From NCBI RefSeq assembly GCF_035084215.1, contig NC_090352.1, positions 28,830,001-28,894,000 on the forward strand: a DNA stretch of 64,000 nucleotides, in the 5' to 3' direction. The translations under genes were made by a program, and so were the position numbers. This DNA comes from Heptranchias perlo (lineage: Eukaryota). The stretch's first letter is position 1. Each line of letters begins with the position of its first letter. Of this stretch, positions 14,801 through 26,199 are shown in pieces. The notes under the pieces are model-generated. The model saw nothing but the letters and a program-made list of their open reading frames with translations. It was not told the DNA's origin and did not search any database.

Positions 14801-17398
14801 GGTGGGAATTTAAGACAAGAGATAACCATGTACGATTTCGAACTGCTGACCTGAAGGTCTGGTCTGGGAAGTTTATGCTTCCGTCACTCTCAGCTTTTTC
14901 AATGAATTACAAGGAGGTTTTGAGAAACCAAAATAATGCTTTTCAATAAGTGACTGAGTATCAGGCAAACCACTGAAGTTAATTCTAACTTCAAACTGAA
15001 CACAAGTTCTATCACTCATGTTCTACTTAGAAAATTCCATCTAAATCCTAGTTAGTTTCGAACTCGAACTGAAACACTGACGACAGATATTAGGTCTCTC
15101 CCCAAACTATTCTGACCTCCATCCTACATCTGCACAATTGTGTCTATAACCCTTCCGTAACGATGTGATATAGTTTCAACAAAACAGTAGTGACTTTACA
15201 AAGTGTACACATTTTCTGAACATAACTTTTTTTTAAAAAAATTAGTCATATAAATACATTTTTTGATCAGCTGGGCATCTAGCACATGCAGAAATTAATC
15301 ACCAGGTAAAAGAGTCTCCATACCAAGATGTTGAGAAATCTACACAGGTAGAGATTGTTTGCTGATTATGGAGCCTGTTCACTCTCTCTCCCTTTTGACC
15401 TCTTCAAAATAAGGCACACCACATTTAACCAAGTCCCAAAAGCTTAGCCATAGGCTGGCAAGAGCCAAGGCTAAGGCCCCCTAGCAAGCATTGCGTAATG
15501 CTGGAGTTTAGCCAGCTAAAACCATGCACTTCATCAGTACAGAGCATTGATCAACATTCCCACTGCTTGTCCAAGCCAAGATCACCTTACCCATTAAGAC
15601 ATTGGCTTGCATGGTTACCGAGAGTAGAATGGGAAGAATCCCCCCTCCCAGTGACAGGTCTACCCACCAGGTTCCATTAACGAGCCTAGCATCATCAGTA
15701 CCCTGCGTATCTGCCTGGCTCAGGTATTGGTTTACTGGGTCCACCACAGAGAGTTGACCTGGTTCTCATCTTCCATTGCCGGGTGCGTTAGGACAACCTC
15801 AACCTCAGATCCCAGTTACCTCCTCTTCCACCAGCACTCTCAAGGATAGGTCGTACAAGGTGGTGAGCAAGAACACAGATGTGAAACAAATCTGGCAGCT
15901 GAATTTTTAAAAAAAGTTAACTCCATCTTCATTTTATTGCTACAAACTTTGAACTGCTTATTCTTAGTGTAGAACAAGTCTCAGGGTTTAAAGGGTTGTG
16001 GACCCAGCATCCACCCTAAGATGTACCTCCCAGTAATTACGTCATGTTCTTTAGTTGAAGTGGAATATCCTGAATAGGCATTAAATTCATATTGAAATTA
16101 TTCAGCCAGGAACTTTTTGTGGGGTGGAGGGGGGGGTGAAGGAGGGAGAGTGGAGGGGAAAGACTCACTCAGAGGGGCCAACAAGTGATCTGATCATTTA
16201 AATTCTTAATTAGCATTAAGTTCCCAGTTTGCTGTGTTTCTTACATTGCTTAATTCTATTTATTGGACAGCGACTTTTTTTGGCACAAAAAGACGGTTTC
16301 AATTAGGAGCAGATTGTAGTTCAGTCTCACTTGTCCATTTCTGAGCAGGCAGCAAAGAGCAGCTGCGTTTACACTGCCCCGGCTCCACTTTATCCAGCTC
16401 ACTTCAATTTGAAATGGTGCAAGACAAAGTCCAAGACTTGCTTAAGCTTTTCCACACAATAAGTTAGCATTTTAAAAGCCAAAATGCAAGGGCTCAAAAT
16501 TGTGGTTATAACATTAAAATCAAAATCAATAATGAAAGCAACAGTGAGCCATAAGATGTGACAAATAGTGCTGTAAATCAGATACTCTGGTCTATTAAGC
16601 TTATTGGCAACGACTTGCATTTATATAGTGCCTTTAACGTAGTGAAACGTCCCAAGGCGCTTCACAGAGCGATTTCAAACAGAGTTTTGTTTAAAAACGC
16701 TAGAAAATTAAACTGCACTCCATTACATTCAAGGCAGAGTGCAGAACTTGAGGGAAAAACTGAACCTCAAGGTTTGATGCCTATTTCCAGTCTCTCCATC
16801 AAGGATTAAACTGCTACAAATACAGTATCACACATCCTCCTTCAATTATTTTGCTTATTAGAACGCTTCAACTCTATTTCACCTGTCTTACACAAAAGGA
16901 AACTTATAACCTTATTCCAACAGAGCTGGCACAGAGCCTGGCCCCAAAAAAAACCATAACAAAGCTGATGACATCATCGTGGCACCAGGCTCCACTGCAG
17001 AGTCAGGCCTCTCCAGTTGCCAGTGAATTAGTTGTAATTAAATAATTAAACAAACTAATTCATTAGTTTCTGTAGATAGCTTGTGTTTTTCTACTGTATA
17101 GAATCCAGGTGTGGCAAACGTTACATAAATCCTGAAGCAGAGCCTTAATGTTATATGGTTAGGCTTCTTCGAGATTATAGACCCGAAACATAATCCCGAA
17201 AGAGCACGATTTCCAGAGTTTGAGAAAGGAGACTTGTGGACATACTGCAGAACCTAGTAAGGTTTCCAGAAACAATGTTGGGATCATTAGTAGCCCACAG
17301 ACAGAAACAAAAGCAGTGGGGGACTGGTCTAGAGGGACAAATCCCTGCAGACCTGAAGAAGTGAGTCCAAAGGCAGCAGAAACAAACTATAGCCCCAC

Positions 17399-17454
17399 TC
17401 ATGTAACCACAGTGCAAGATAAACTGTCATGTAACCACAGTGCAAGATAAACTG
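17399..17454. repeat. 28-bp perfect tandem duplication
   Basis: TCATGTAACCACAGTGCAAGATAAACTG x2. Confidence 0.9.
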
Positions 17455-19541
17455 GACTAGGAACCATTTTGAAAATTGTAGTCCTACTGAAATATAAGGG
17501 AAAGCTTGAATTAACACAAGAAATTAGAAAGTTACAGGATTCCCCCCCCCCCCTTAATAAGGGTACAGAGCCATTTACCTCAATAAACTTTCCAAATGAA
17601 ATATTGTCTGAGATTTATATGGGATAGACTGTGGTGCTTAAATTGAGACTGACATATGTTCAAGGTCAACAGCAATAAAGAACACCAAATTGTAAAAGGG
17701 AGTACTTTTATTGCAGCTGTTATTCAAACACTAAAGTGAAGCCATACATCAATATTGTAATTTTGACGGGTAGAATAACTGATTGTAAAACTTTTCTGCT
17801 GCTTTTTATTTCACTGGACTGTAATTTGCTTTAATACCCCTTTCTGCTGGCCTATTTATTTGCCTGTCTTAATCGCTTTTGCTAATTATTAATCACTTGT
17901 ACTGTTCTTTTGGACTCTTGGACAAATAACTCCAACAAACCCTGCAGCATGAATTGTACTCCAATGCTTTGGATCGACTGTTATAACAAATGCTGAAGCA
18001 GCTACTACTTCCTCTTAAAATATAAATGGGATAAAAAGGGAATGCAAAGCAAAGCTATACAATCAAAAAGCTCACAATACATTAGCTGCAGGACCGATAC
18101 TCATTATCTCCCACATACGCCAACATCTTAACTCCTGATTGTACACAACCACATTTTTGATTTCACTGGGAAAATTTTCGGTAGCTTGCCAGCGCGCAGA
18201 GTTCTCCTGACCTTGATCCCGTGGAGTGGGCAAAGCCACTGAGTATAGAGTGCACGGTGCTATAACCAAGAGTATATGTAAATGTATTCAACACATGACC
18301 TGGAGAGAAGGCAATGAGCTGCTTTTCCCACTGTAAAGTACTGGGTTACTCATTAACTTGCACATGACTATTGAGGTCCCACTAAACCTAATGACTAACC
18401 ACAAAATCAATTTTATTTGAATTACTGGTCAAAAAAGGTTTTTAGTGCACTAACCAACACCTAAATGGTACCAGAAGTCTATAATACTACAATACCTAAC
18501 AAGAAATTGCTTTGTAGAAGCTTCGATCAGGCTTACTAGATTTCCTTTCAGGGTAAACTTAAAAATAAGGTACTGCGATTATGATAATTAATCACAACAA
18601 ACTGGCCATAAAAGCTTCCATTCCCCTCCCCCCTCACTAATTTGCTGTCAATTTTATCTCAAGGCATTGACACCTTCCTGTACTACGATACCACGCGCAT
18701 CAGATATCCTGAGCTACCTGTCCCAACCCGTCATTAGTCACGTGCGGGCTTCAACAAGTGTAGATATGCTATTTAACAACAGCGGGCTTCACAACTCAAT
18801 CCCATCAGGAAGCTGCATCCCATCTCCTACCCCCATGCCCCCAAAATCCCCAGACAGCAACCAGGTACAAGAGCTCGAACTGATTCTCCCCTCTCTAATC
18901 TAGGGGTGCTGTGACCAACAGTGGCCTTCTCACCGCTAACCCAATTAAGATCAACTAACTCATCCCAGACTAGGGATTGAACCAGAGGGCATCCTGGTCT
19001 GTATGGCTCAGATAAGTAAAACCATTGTTTTCCATATCAATTATTTTAATTATGGTTCTGTGATTAATTTACAATTAAGGCCTGTAAAAATTTCACCCAA
19101 TGAGTAAAATGTTCCTTTCAAGTAAAACTGGAGAGAATGGGAATTGTGCTTTTGCAGATATTCCCTTTAAGCAGGATACCCTTTAACACCTCTAATCCTG
19201 TAATGAAATGTTGACATTGATTTGAATGGCAGACAACTCTCAAAGGGTCAATCTGGTTTTTAAAAAAAAGGCCTGAGGGGCTCATAAAGAGAGCCCATCC
19301 CTCACTAAATTGAAACAACCCACCTTGAGCCAGGCTCATGTTGCAGCCCACTAGCCGAGAACAAATAGACACTCCCATCCCCACGATGAAAGGAAAACAG
19401 CTGTCCGAGGCCACCAAGCCATGACCTACGCAGTGTGGAAAATAGACGCTGGAGAGAGTGATTCCTTAGGACAAGTCACCTGGTCATCAGCTGTTCCAAG
19501 GTGAAACCATGCGGAGCAAATTCAGCTCAATCGTTCACATA

Positions 19542-19766
19542 AATCAAAAGTGGAATACTGCGGATGCTGGAAATCGGAAATAAAAACAGAAAATGCTGGA
19601 GAAGCTCAGCAAGTCAGGCAGCATCTCTGGAGAAGGAAACAGAGTTAACGTTTCAGGCTGGAGATGTTAAACGAAAAGTCTTTGGTCTGAAACGTTAACT
19701 CTCTTTCTTTCTCCACAGATGCTGCCTGACTTGCTGAGCTTCTCTAGCATTTACTGTTTTTATTTC
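19542..19766. mobile_element. Foldback (inverted-repeat) PLE-derived insertion, family B
   Basis: Inverted arms of about 80 bp (19578-19656 and 19687-19766); flanking direct repeat TCAATYGTTCACATA at 19527-19541 and 19765-19779. Confidence 0.8.
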
Positions 19767-20927
19767 AATTGTTCACATATCCAGCCCCTGAATCCCATAC
19801 AACCCCAGTCAGATGCAGATGTGCTGGAATCAGTAGAATAAAAGCCTTTTGAGAGAGAGAGAAAAAAATAAAAACAAAACTTCCGTGAAGGTCACACACC
19901 CTATTTGTCTCTTAGGAAATCAGTTTTCTGAAAGGAGTTTGCAGACTACACTTTGCATGTCAATAAACAGAAGTTACCACCAAATCAGGTGAATCGTCCA
20001 AATTCATCACACATTGAACTCCTCATTCAAAAACTTTATTTGTTATGCTATGCTGCCAGTAAGATTGCGTCCACGCTGGGTTGTGCCACCTAGTCTGCTT
20101 TGTCCTAATTATTTCCCTCAAAATGAGCCATCCAAATTCATAACAGCGACTGCCAACCAATCTGAAGCACAGGAAGCCAATAGAAAGCACTGGTAGATTC
20201 CCCAGCTATTTCAAAGGAGATTTAAGCAAGGTGATCTCAAATGGTAATAACCCAGTGTAGATGCAATATTCTGTGATAAAACACAATGGGTGGGTGGGAA
20301 AGAGAGAGAAAGAGGCCGAGTTGGCAAGCTCAGACATTACCATTGTCCGATTACAGTGCCAAAGTGTAGTCTGGAGTACTAAGGTGTTTTAGAGTATTTA
20401 ATAAAAAGGGCTGAAATTTTTGACTGCCAATTAGCACGATTTGTAAATTAACAACCACCCCCTGCCCCACCAAATTCTGGAACTGCCATGGCGTGACTGT
20501 GGATAAATCTCACTTCCAGAGAAAAACTCCCTTCACAGCACTTGAGACATGCTAAGCGCCACTCTCAATCAGATTGCAACCTTCAAAGCTCACAACATCA
20601 GCAGCTTTGTGCACAAGTTAATGCCTCACAAACATGCGTATCCACCAGGACAGCAACTCAGATGACAAACGAGCCGACGGGTTAAACACCATTAAGAACT
20701 ACTGGCTGAAAAACTCCCACAAGCTAAGTAAGAATTTCACTCCAAAGGCCCAGTGCTAAAAAAGCTTTGAATCAATTGTGATGGCAAAAATCTGTCACTA
20801 GTCACATTTGCATTGGTGAATATTGTAACAGTTTAACCTGTGCAGACTCTTTTGCTTAAACATTTTCACATAGTTAAAATTTCACCTCTGATCGCCCTGA
20901 TGTGAATGTCTAATCAGCAGACTAAAT

Positions 20928-20928
20928 T

Positions 20929-20964
<36 letters not shown>

Positions 20965-20965
20965 T
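20928..20965. repeat. (CA)n microsatellite
   Basis: Read directly from the sequence. Confidence 0.9.
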
Positions 20966-22932
20966 ATCACGAATGATACGTTGTTTCAGGACGGAGGCAA
21001 AGACAGAGTATTGGCTGTGGAGCTGAATTCAGATAAAGTAAATTCAATCGTAAACAAGAAAACACATTCTGCATTCATTACAGAATCAAAAAAAAGAGTA
21101 AAGACAATGTCAGCCACGATGGTATTTTCAAGACCAGTTCATTGCTCCCAACGTCCACCCACCAACACTAAACACCTTCCTTTCCTCAAACCATAATTGT
21201 GAACTACCAGATTGATACACATTTGCCCGAAAATGGGACCAATGGGAGTTTTTTTTTTAAAGTGGTAGGTAGATAAACTTATGCTTGACTGAAAGCAGTT
21301 CATCCATGTTAAAACAGGGCTGCATCTAACTCACCCACTAACAGAGTTCTACAAACAGGGCAAACACCTTAGTTGCTCTTGCACCCTGTTCAACCTACCT
21401 GCTTTATAGTAGTGCAGAGACCAATCCAATATATAGCAGGTTGGCAGAGTTCAGTGGAATGAAACAGTAATAAAACATAGACCAGTGCTGCACAGTCTAT
21501 CCCTAGTATAAATATTCATGTGGTTTTAAATCAGTGCTAAAACTCTACAGCAACCACCATAGGCATGGAACACTGTTAAAATTCATGATTTCATATTTTA
21601 GTGTGGGCCTACCTGATCTACAAACGGAGCTCCTACTTGAATGTAGTGCAAAGCAGCTTGGCTTTCTTTTGCACTAGCACCCAGTGTGACAAATATGATC
21701 TTGCACTGGTTATATTGTGTAAATAAAGCCATACAAAAAGGAGAAAAAAAACTATTTTTGCTTTCTGTTGGACTCTCCAATTTATCCAGTAAGCAGATGA
21801 GCCATATGACCAGAAGTTCCAAGTTTTAACACCTGAAAGAAAATAAAAATTAAAAAAAGCATGCATGCTTTATTGTATCCAGAACGACTAGATGTAAAGA
21901 CATGCTATGTGACTGACATACTTAAGTATGATATTATTAATTGCCAAATCTTTGCTGGTAGAATCTCCTACTATCACTGCCAATTGAGGCGTAATGCCGC
22001 AATAAAGAGCTACAGGAATCACAAGAGCCAGCTGGCTCAAGACAGATGAGAAAACTCCTGCAAGACCTAGCTTGCCCTCAGTGTTTCCCTGTATCTTTAG
22101 ATTGATAGGAACACCTTGAAACTCAACTAAACTGAAACCATGCGTCAACAGCAGCACCAATGCAAAGTCCTTCTCTTCATGTTTTGGCTTGTTCCCAATC
22201 AGATGCTGTTTGAATTTTCTTTTCACCCGCATAGCGTCTCTTTACAAATTGAACCATACACCAGGTTACGTTATTGGGGCTAGATTTGCACTATGCAAAA
22301 TATTGGGACAGTTGGAACAGCAGCAACCACAAAAAGGGAGTAAACAAAACAGAACACTGACCCCACCTAAACCTGAATTTCTCAATGCCTTCCAGGCACT
22401 GTGTCTCCCTGCCCCTATTAGTTCTGCTTTCTCTCACTAACAATCTCTTCCCCCACAACTCAAATTGCGCCAGATTCACTAAGGTGCGTGATTAGCCTAA
22501 TAAGGCCCAATCTACCTACATTAACCATCAGCACAGAGTATAAATTTGGACACTGACACACACAGTGCCCAAGAATCTCTCTCCCCAGGAGAACCGTTTA
22601 CACTGAGGTATTCAGCACCAATAGCATTCAGCGTCATAAGAGAAATATTTTCAAGGCATATTGGGTGAATTGGTATCAACAGATTTCAGAGAAGAAAAGC
22701 TCCCCAAAACCAAATGTTCGATGATAATTTTAGTTATCACCTCAAATTGCTCTCACCAGCACAGACAGCTTGTAACTACTAGCTCAAAATACCCTCTCCA
22801 GATACTAGCCAAGTTTGGAAGGACTAGATCTATAATTGTATTGCTGGGTGTTTTATCACAGTACAAGTGGACACCACCCAAAATGTCATATACCAATTAT
22901 ATTTTATTGAACTGTTAGTGATCCAATTAAGT

Positions 22933-23082
22933 CATGATGTGGAGATGCCGGTGATGGACTGGGGTTGACAATTGTAAACAATTTTACAACACCAAGTTAT
23001 AGTCCAGCAATTTTATTTGAAATTCACAAGCTTTCGGAGGCTTCCTCCTTCCTCAGGTGAACGTGGAGACTTCCTCCTTCCT
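22933..23082 (-). mobile_element. Short PLE-like insertion, family A, with hammerhead
   Basis: Starts CATGATGTGGAGATGCCGG; target-site duplication ATTAAGTCAT at 22926-22935 and 23083-23092. Confidence 0.75.
23022..23062 (-). ncRNA. Minimal type I hammerhead ribozyme motif (family A)
   Basis: GTTCAC-CTGAGGA-A-GGAGG-AAG-CCTCC-GAAA-GC-TT-GTGAAT. Confidence 0.7.
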
Positions 23083-23303
23083 ATTAAGTCATAACATACA
23101 AGGGTAGGGTGAATTTGTCTCACTAAAACAAAGTTGCTTTTATATATTAAGTCCATACCCAGGACGGGTGGCACCAGCTCCCAATGCCAGGGAGCTGTAC
23201 TGCCAGCTTCAACCCAAAAATAAACTTGCTGGGATTCGCCAAGGCGGCTGCCAGGAAGGCCTGGTTAAATGGTGGGTCTTCCTAGCTGCCCGTCTTTCTG
23301 AAT

Positions 23304-23524
23304 CATGTTTTGGAGATGCCGGTGATGGACTGGGGTGGACAAATGTAAGGAATCTTACAACACCAGGTTATAGTCCAACAATTTTATTTTAAAATCACAA
23401 GCTTTCGGAGATTATCCCCTTCGTCACATTCCTCACCTGATGAAGGGGATAATCTCCGAAAGCTTGGTGATTTTAAAATAAAATTGTTGGACTATAACCT
23501 GGTGTTGTAATATTCCTTACATTT
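23304..23524. mobile_element. Foldback PLE-like insertion, family A
   Basis: Inverted arms about 23341-23426 and 23438-23524; duplication TTTCTGAATCA at 23295-23305 and 23522-23532. Confidence 0.8.
23433..23470 (+). ncRNA. Minimal hammerhead motif (family A variant)
   Basis: TCAC-CTGATGA-A-GGGGA-TAA-TCTCC-GAAA-GC-TT-G-GTGA, with one extra G after the predicted cleavage site. Confidence 0.55.
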
Positions 23525-24934
23525 CTGAATCAAGTCAACATTACTTCTGGGTGAAGCCAGCTGTGCAAGAGCCAGGTGTCAGGGGTTTTGTGGGTCTTAG
23601 CTCAAAATAACAGCAACCTAAAACAGTTAACGGAACACACATGCATAGTTTTATTTGATCAGAAAAAAAAAATGATAAAGACTGAGATGCGATACTCAAA
23701 TGAACAGGAAATGCACCAGCACGTTCCAACATTCAGAAGAGAAGCTAGCATTATGTGCTTAAAAAGGTGGCCAAGGAAAACCCAAAAAAGCCGTGCAAAA
23801 TAATTAACAATTCAGCCTTTGACTGCTGCCGGCAAGCATACCTTTACCACAATATGCTGAATGTACAAGGATTGATAAGAATCCACAGGCTTTCTAAACA
23901 AAATGATTTAGTTTGCCCAAAGGCCCAAAGGAAATATCTGCAGGATCAAAGACTTGAGGTCACATTAAGTGTTAGCTTCATAGGGCACAGTTCCTCATCA
24001 AAAAAAAGTCATACATCCATGTCTGATTTGTAAAACTCTGCATGAATTCTTCAATTAAAAGGGAACCAATAAACCATGCACAAGTGTCCAATTGAACTCT
24101 TATTGGTATCGCAAATGCCACCTCGTCGTAGTTGGTTTTGTAACAGCAAGATCAATTAAATCTGCACAGTTACAAAATGGGTTAGAATATGTTTCTTTTC
24201 AAATTGAATTGGAACTGATCATTGACCCACTGTAAATCATTGGGGGGGGGCGGGGCATGCATTGGACCGTAATGAGCAGAGAACCATTAGCAGCAAATCA
24301 ATATCTGCAAACATATTTCACATACCATCAACCATTCTGGTAAAAATTTATAAATTTAAATTGGCTATTTGCAGAGATAAGTAGGTGCGCACATCTACAG
24401 TGGAAAGCTTTTAATCCTTTGAGAGTGGAGACAAACAGACGATTACAGCTGCAGGCATCTTCTGCTCAAGCAGTGGCGTGTAACTTGACATTTGCAGGTC
24501 AAAGCTCGAACTGAGATTTTCAGACTAGAAAGCTTCTGCCTTTACCCGATCAGCTAGCGATAAATAAATACAAATATATCATCGTTTATAAGCTGCCACT
24601 GGCCCAAAAAAAACCAAACTTACTTCACTTTATCCAAACTATTCATTAATTACTGCCTCACGTGCCGGGCAGACAACGGTTGCACTGATTCCAGTGTAAT
24701 GATGTTAAACCAGAGACGAACGGCCTGTTCCAGTGAAGTATCTTCCTCTGCTTTCCTCCATTTCCTTGACTGAACATTGGCCCAGCTCCCATCCCATGTT
24801 GCTTTTGCCTGACAGTTCATGTCCCGTCTCACACTGCAAGCCCACGTTTATCACCACTTTTTCTGCCCTCAGCCATCTGGCTGCGATACTCTTACATAAA
24901 TACAATGATTTTTTTTTTAAATAATCCAGCCAAT

Positions 24935-25165
24935 CCTGTAGCTCTCAAACTTTTCTGTGCAGTGACCCTCTACAAATTTTGACACGTGCCCAGGATCCCA
25001 CTACCCTAACTTCAGAAAGCCATTGTCAGTAATCCATTGGCAAACTTGTATACAGTAAATAATAGTTATTAGTCAACTAATAATCTCAAGACCCCCCCCC
25101 CCCCCAACCCCATGAACCACAATATTCCCTGGGGTCCAGGAACCCCAGTTTAAAAACCTATGCAA
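24935..25165. mobile_element. Possible decayed hAT-type MITE
   Basis: Ends ctgtagctctcaaact and cagtttaaaaacctatg loosely resemble Charlie/MER5-type inverted termini. Confidence 0.3.
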
Positions 25166-26199
25166 TGGAGTTGTGTATTTTTTTAAATAACAAACTATAT
25201 TGAATCTAAAGGGCATTCTTGTGTATCTTGATCAAGATTTCAGTATAAAACTTTACACATTACACTATAGACTATTAACAGCACAGGAACATTCAGCCCA
25301 ATAGGTCTATGCCAGTGTTTATACTCAACACAAGCCACCACCTTACTTCATCTCACCCTATCAACATTACACTGGCCTTCCCTTTCTTATAATGGTGTAC
25401 CTAAAACCATGCGGACAATAACTGATGTAAATTCCCCCCTCCCAACATCTTGGAAGCACATGGATTCCATTGAAGGGGTAATTCATTTGAGCAAAAATTG
25501 GAAGAGTGACTGTTCTTCTGCATAATTAATAACATTTAATTAAATTTGAAATTGCATGAACACAGGGCTTTGAGACATGTCAGTTCCAAGAACGCAATTT
25601 TATTAGCACGTCATTAGTTATGAAGAAAAACATCCCCACCACCACCATTTTTCATTGATAGAAACTGAACCCACCCACGCACATCAGTTAGTGCTAAAAC
25701 AGCTGCAATGACTGCTTCATTTTGATCCCAATTTAACTAGATGCAGCATGAAGAACAAACAAGAGTTAACGTTCGGGAGAGTTTAAGCTGTATTTTAAAA
25801 ACTAGATGTTCTATTCAACCGCCTTGCCGAAAGAAGCAAAAGAAAGTCACCATTCAAAAGGATTAATTTGCTTCAAGCACTTCACTTCCCCGATTGACGA
25901 CCCACGTCTGCTGCTTTTATGTTTGGAACATAATTTGCATCAAAGAAAACTACTCTCGAGGAGCCAGCTCTGCATTTGCTGTTCATACAGATGATTAGAA
26001 ACATTTGTGATTAAAACTAAGGACGCAAATTATCGACAGAGAAATTTTCATCCGTTAAATTTGAAAAAGTGTAGCTTTATTGAGTTTTGTTTTAAAGCCA
26101 ACTGGTTGTCCATTTAATTTCCTCCCCTCACGCTTTCATTCATAAATAAATCAACAGCAGAGATCTGCAAATCCAGCCAGAGGAATCCTGCTATTTTAA

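Noticed and set aside
17180-17450. Coding-like purine-rich ORF
   Set aside because: No recognisable homology or splice context; the end is a 28-bp duplication.
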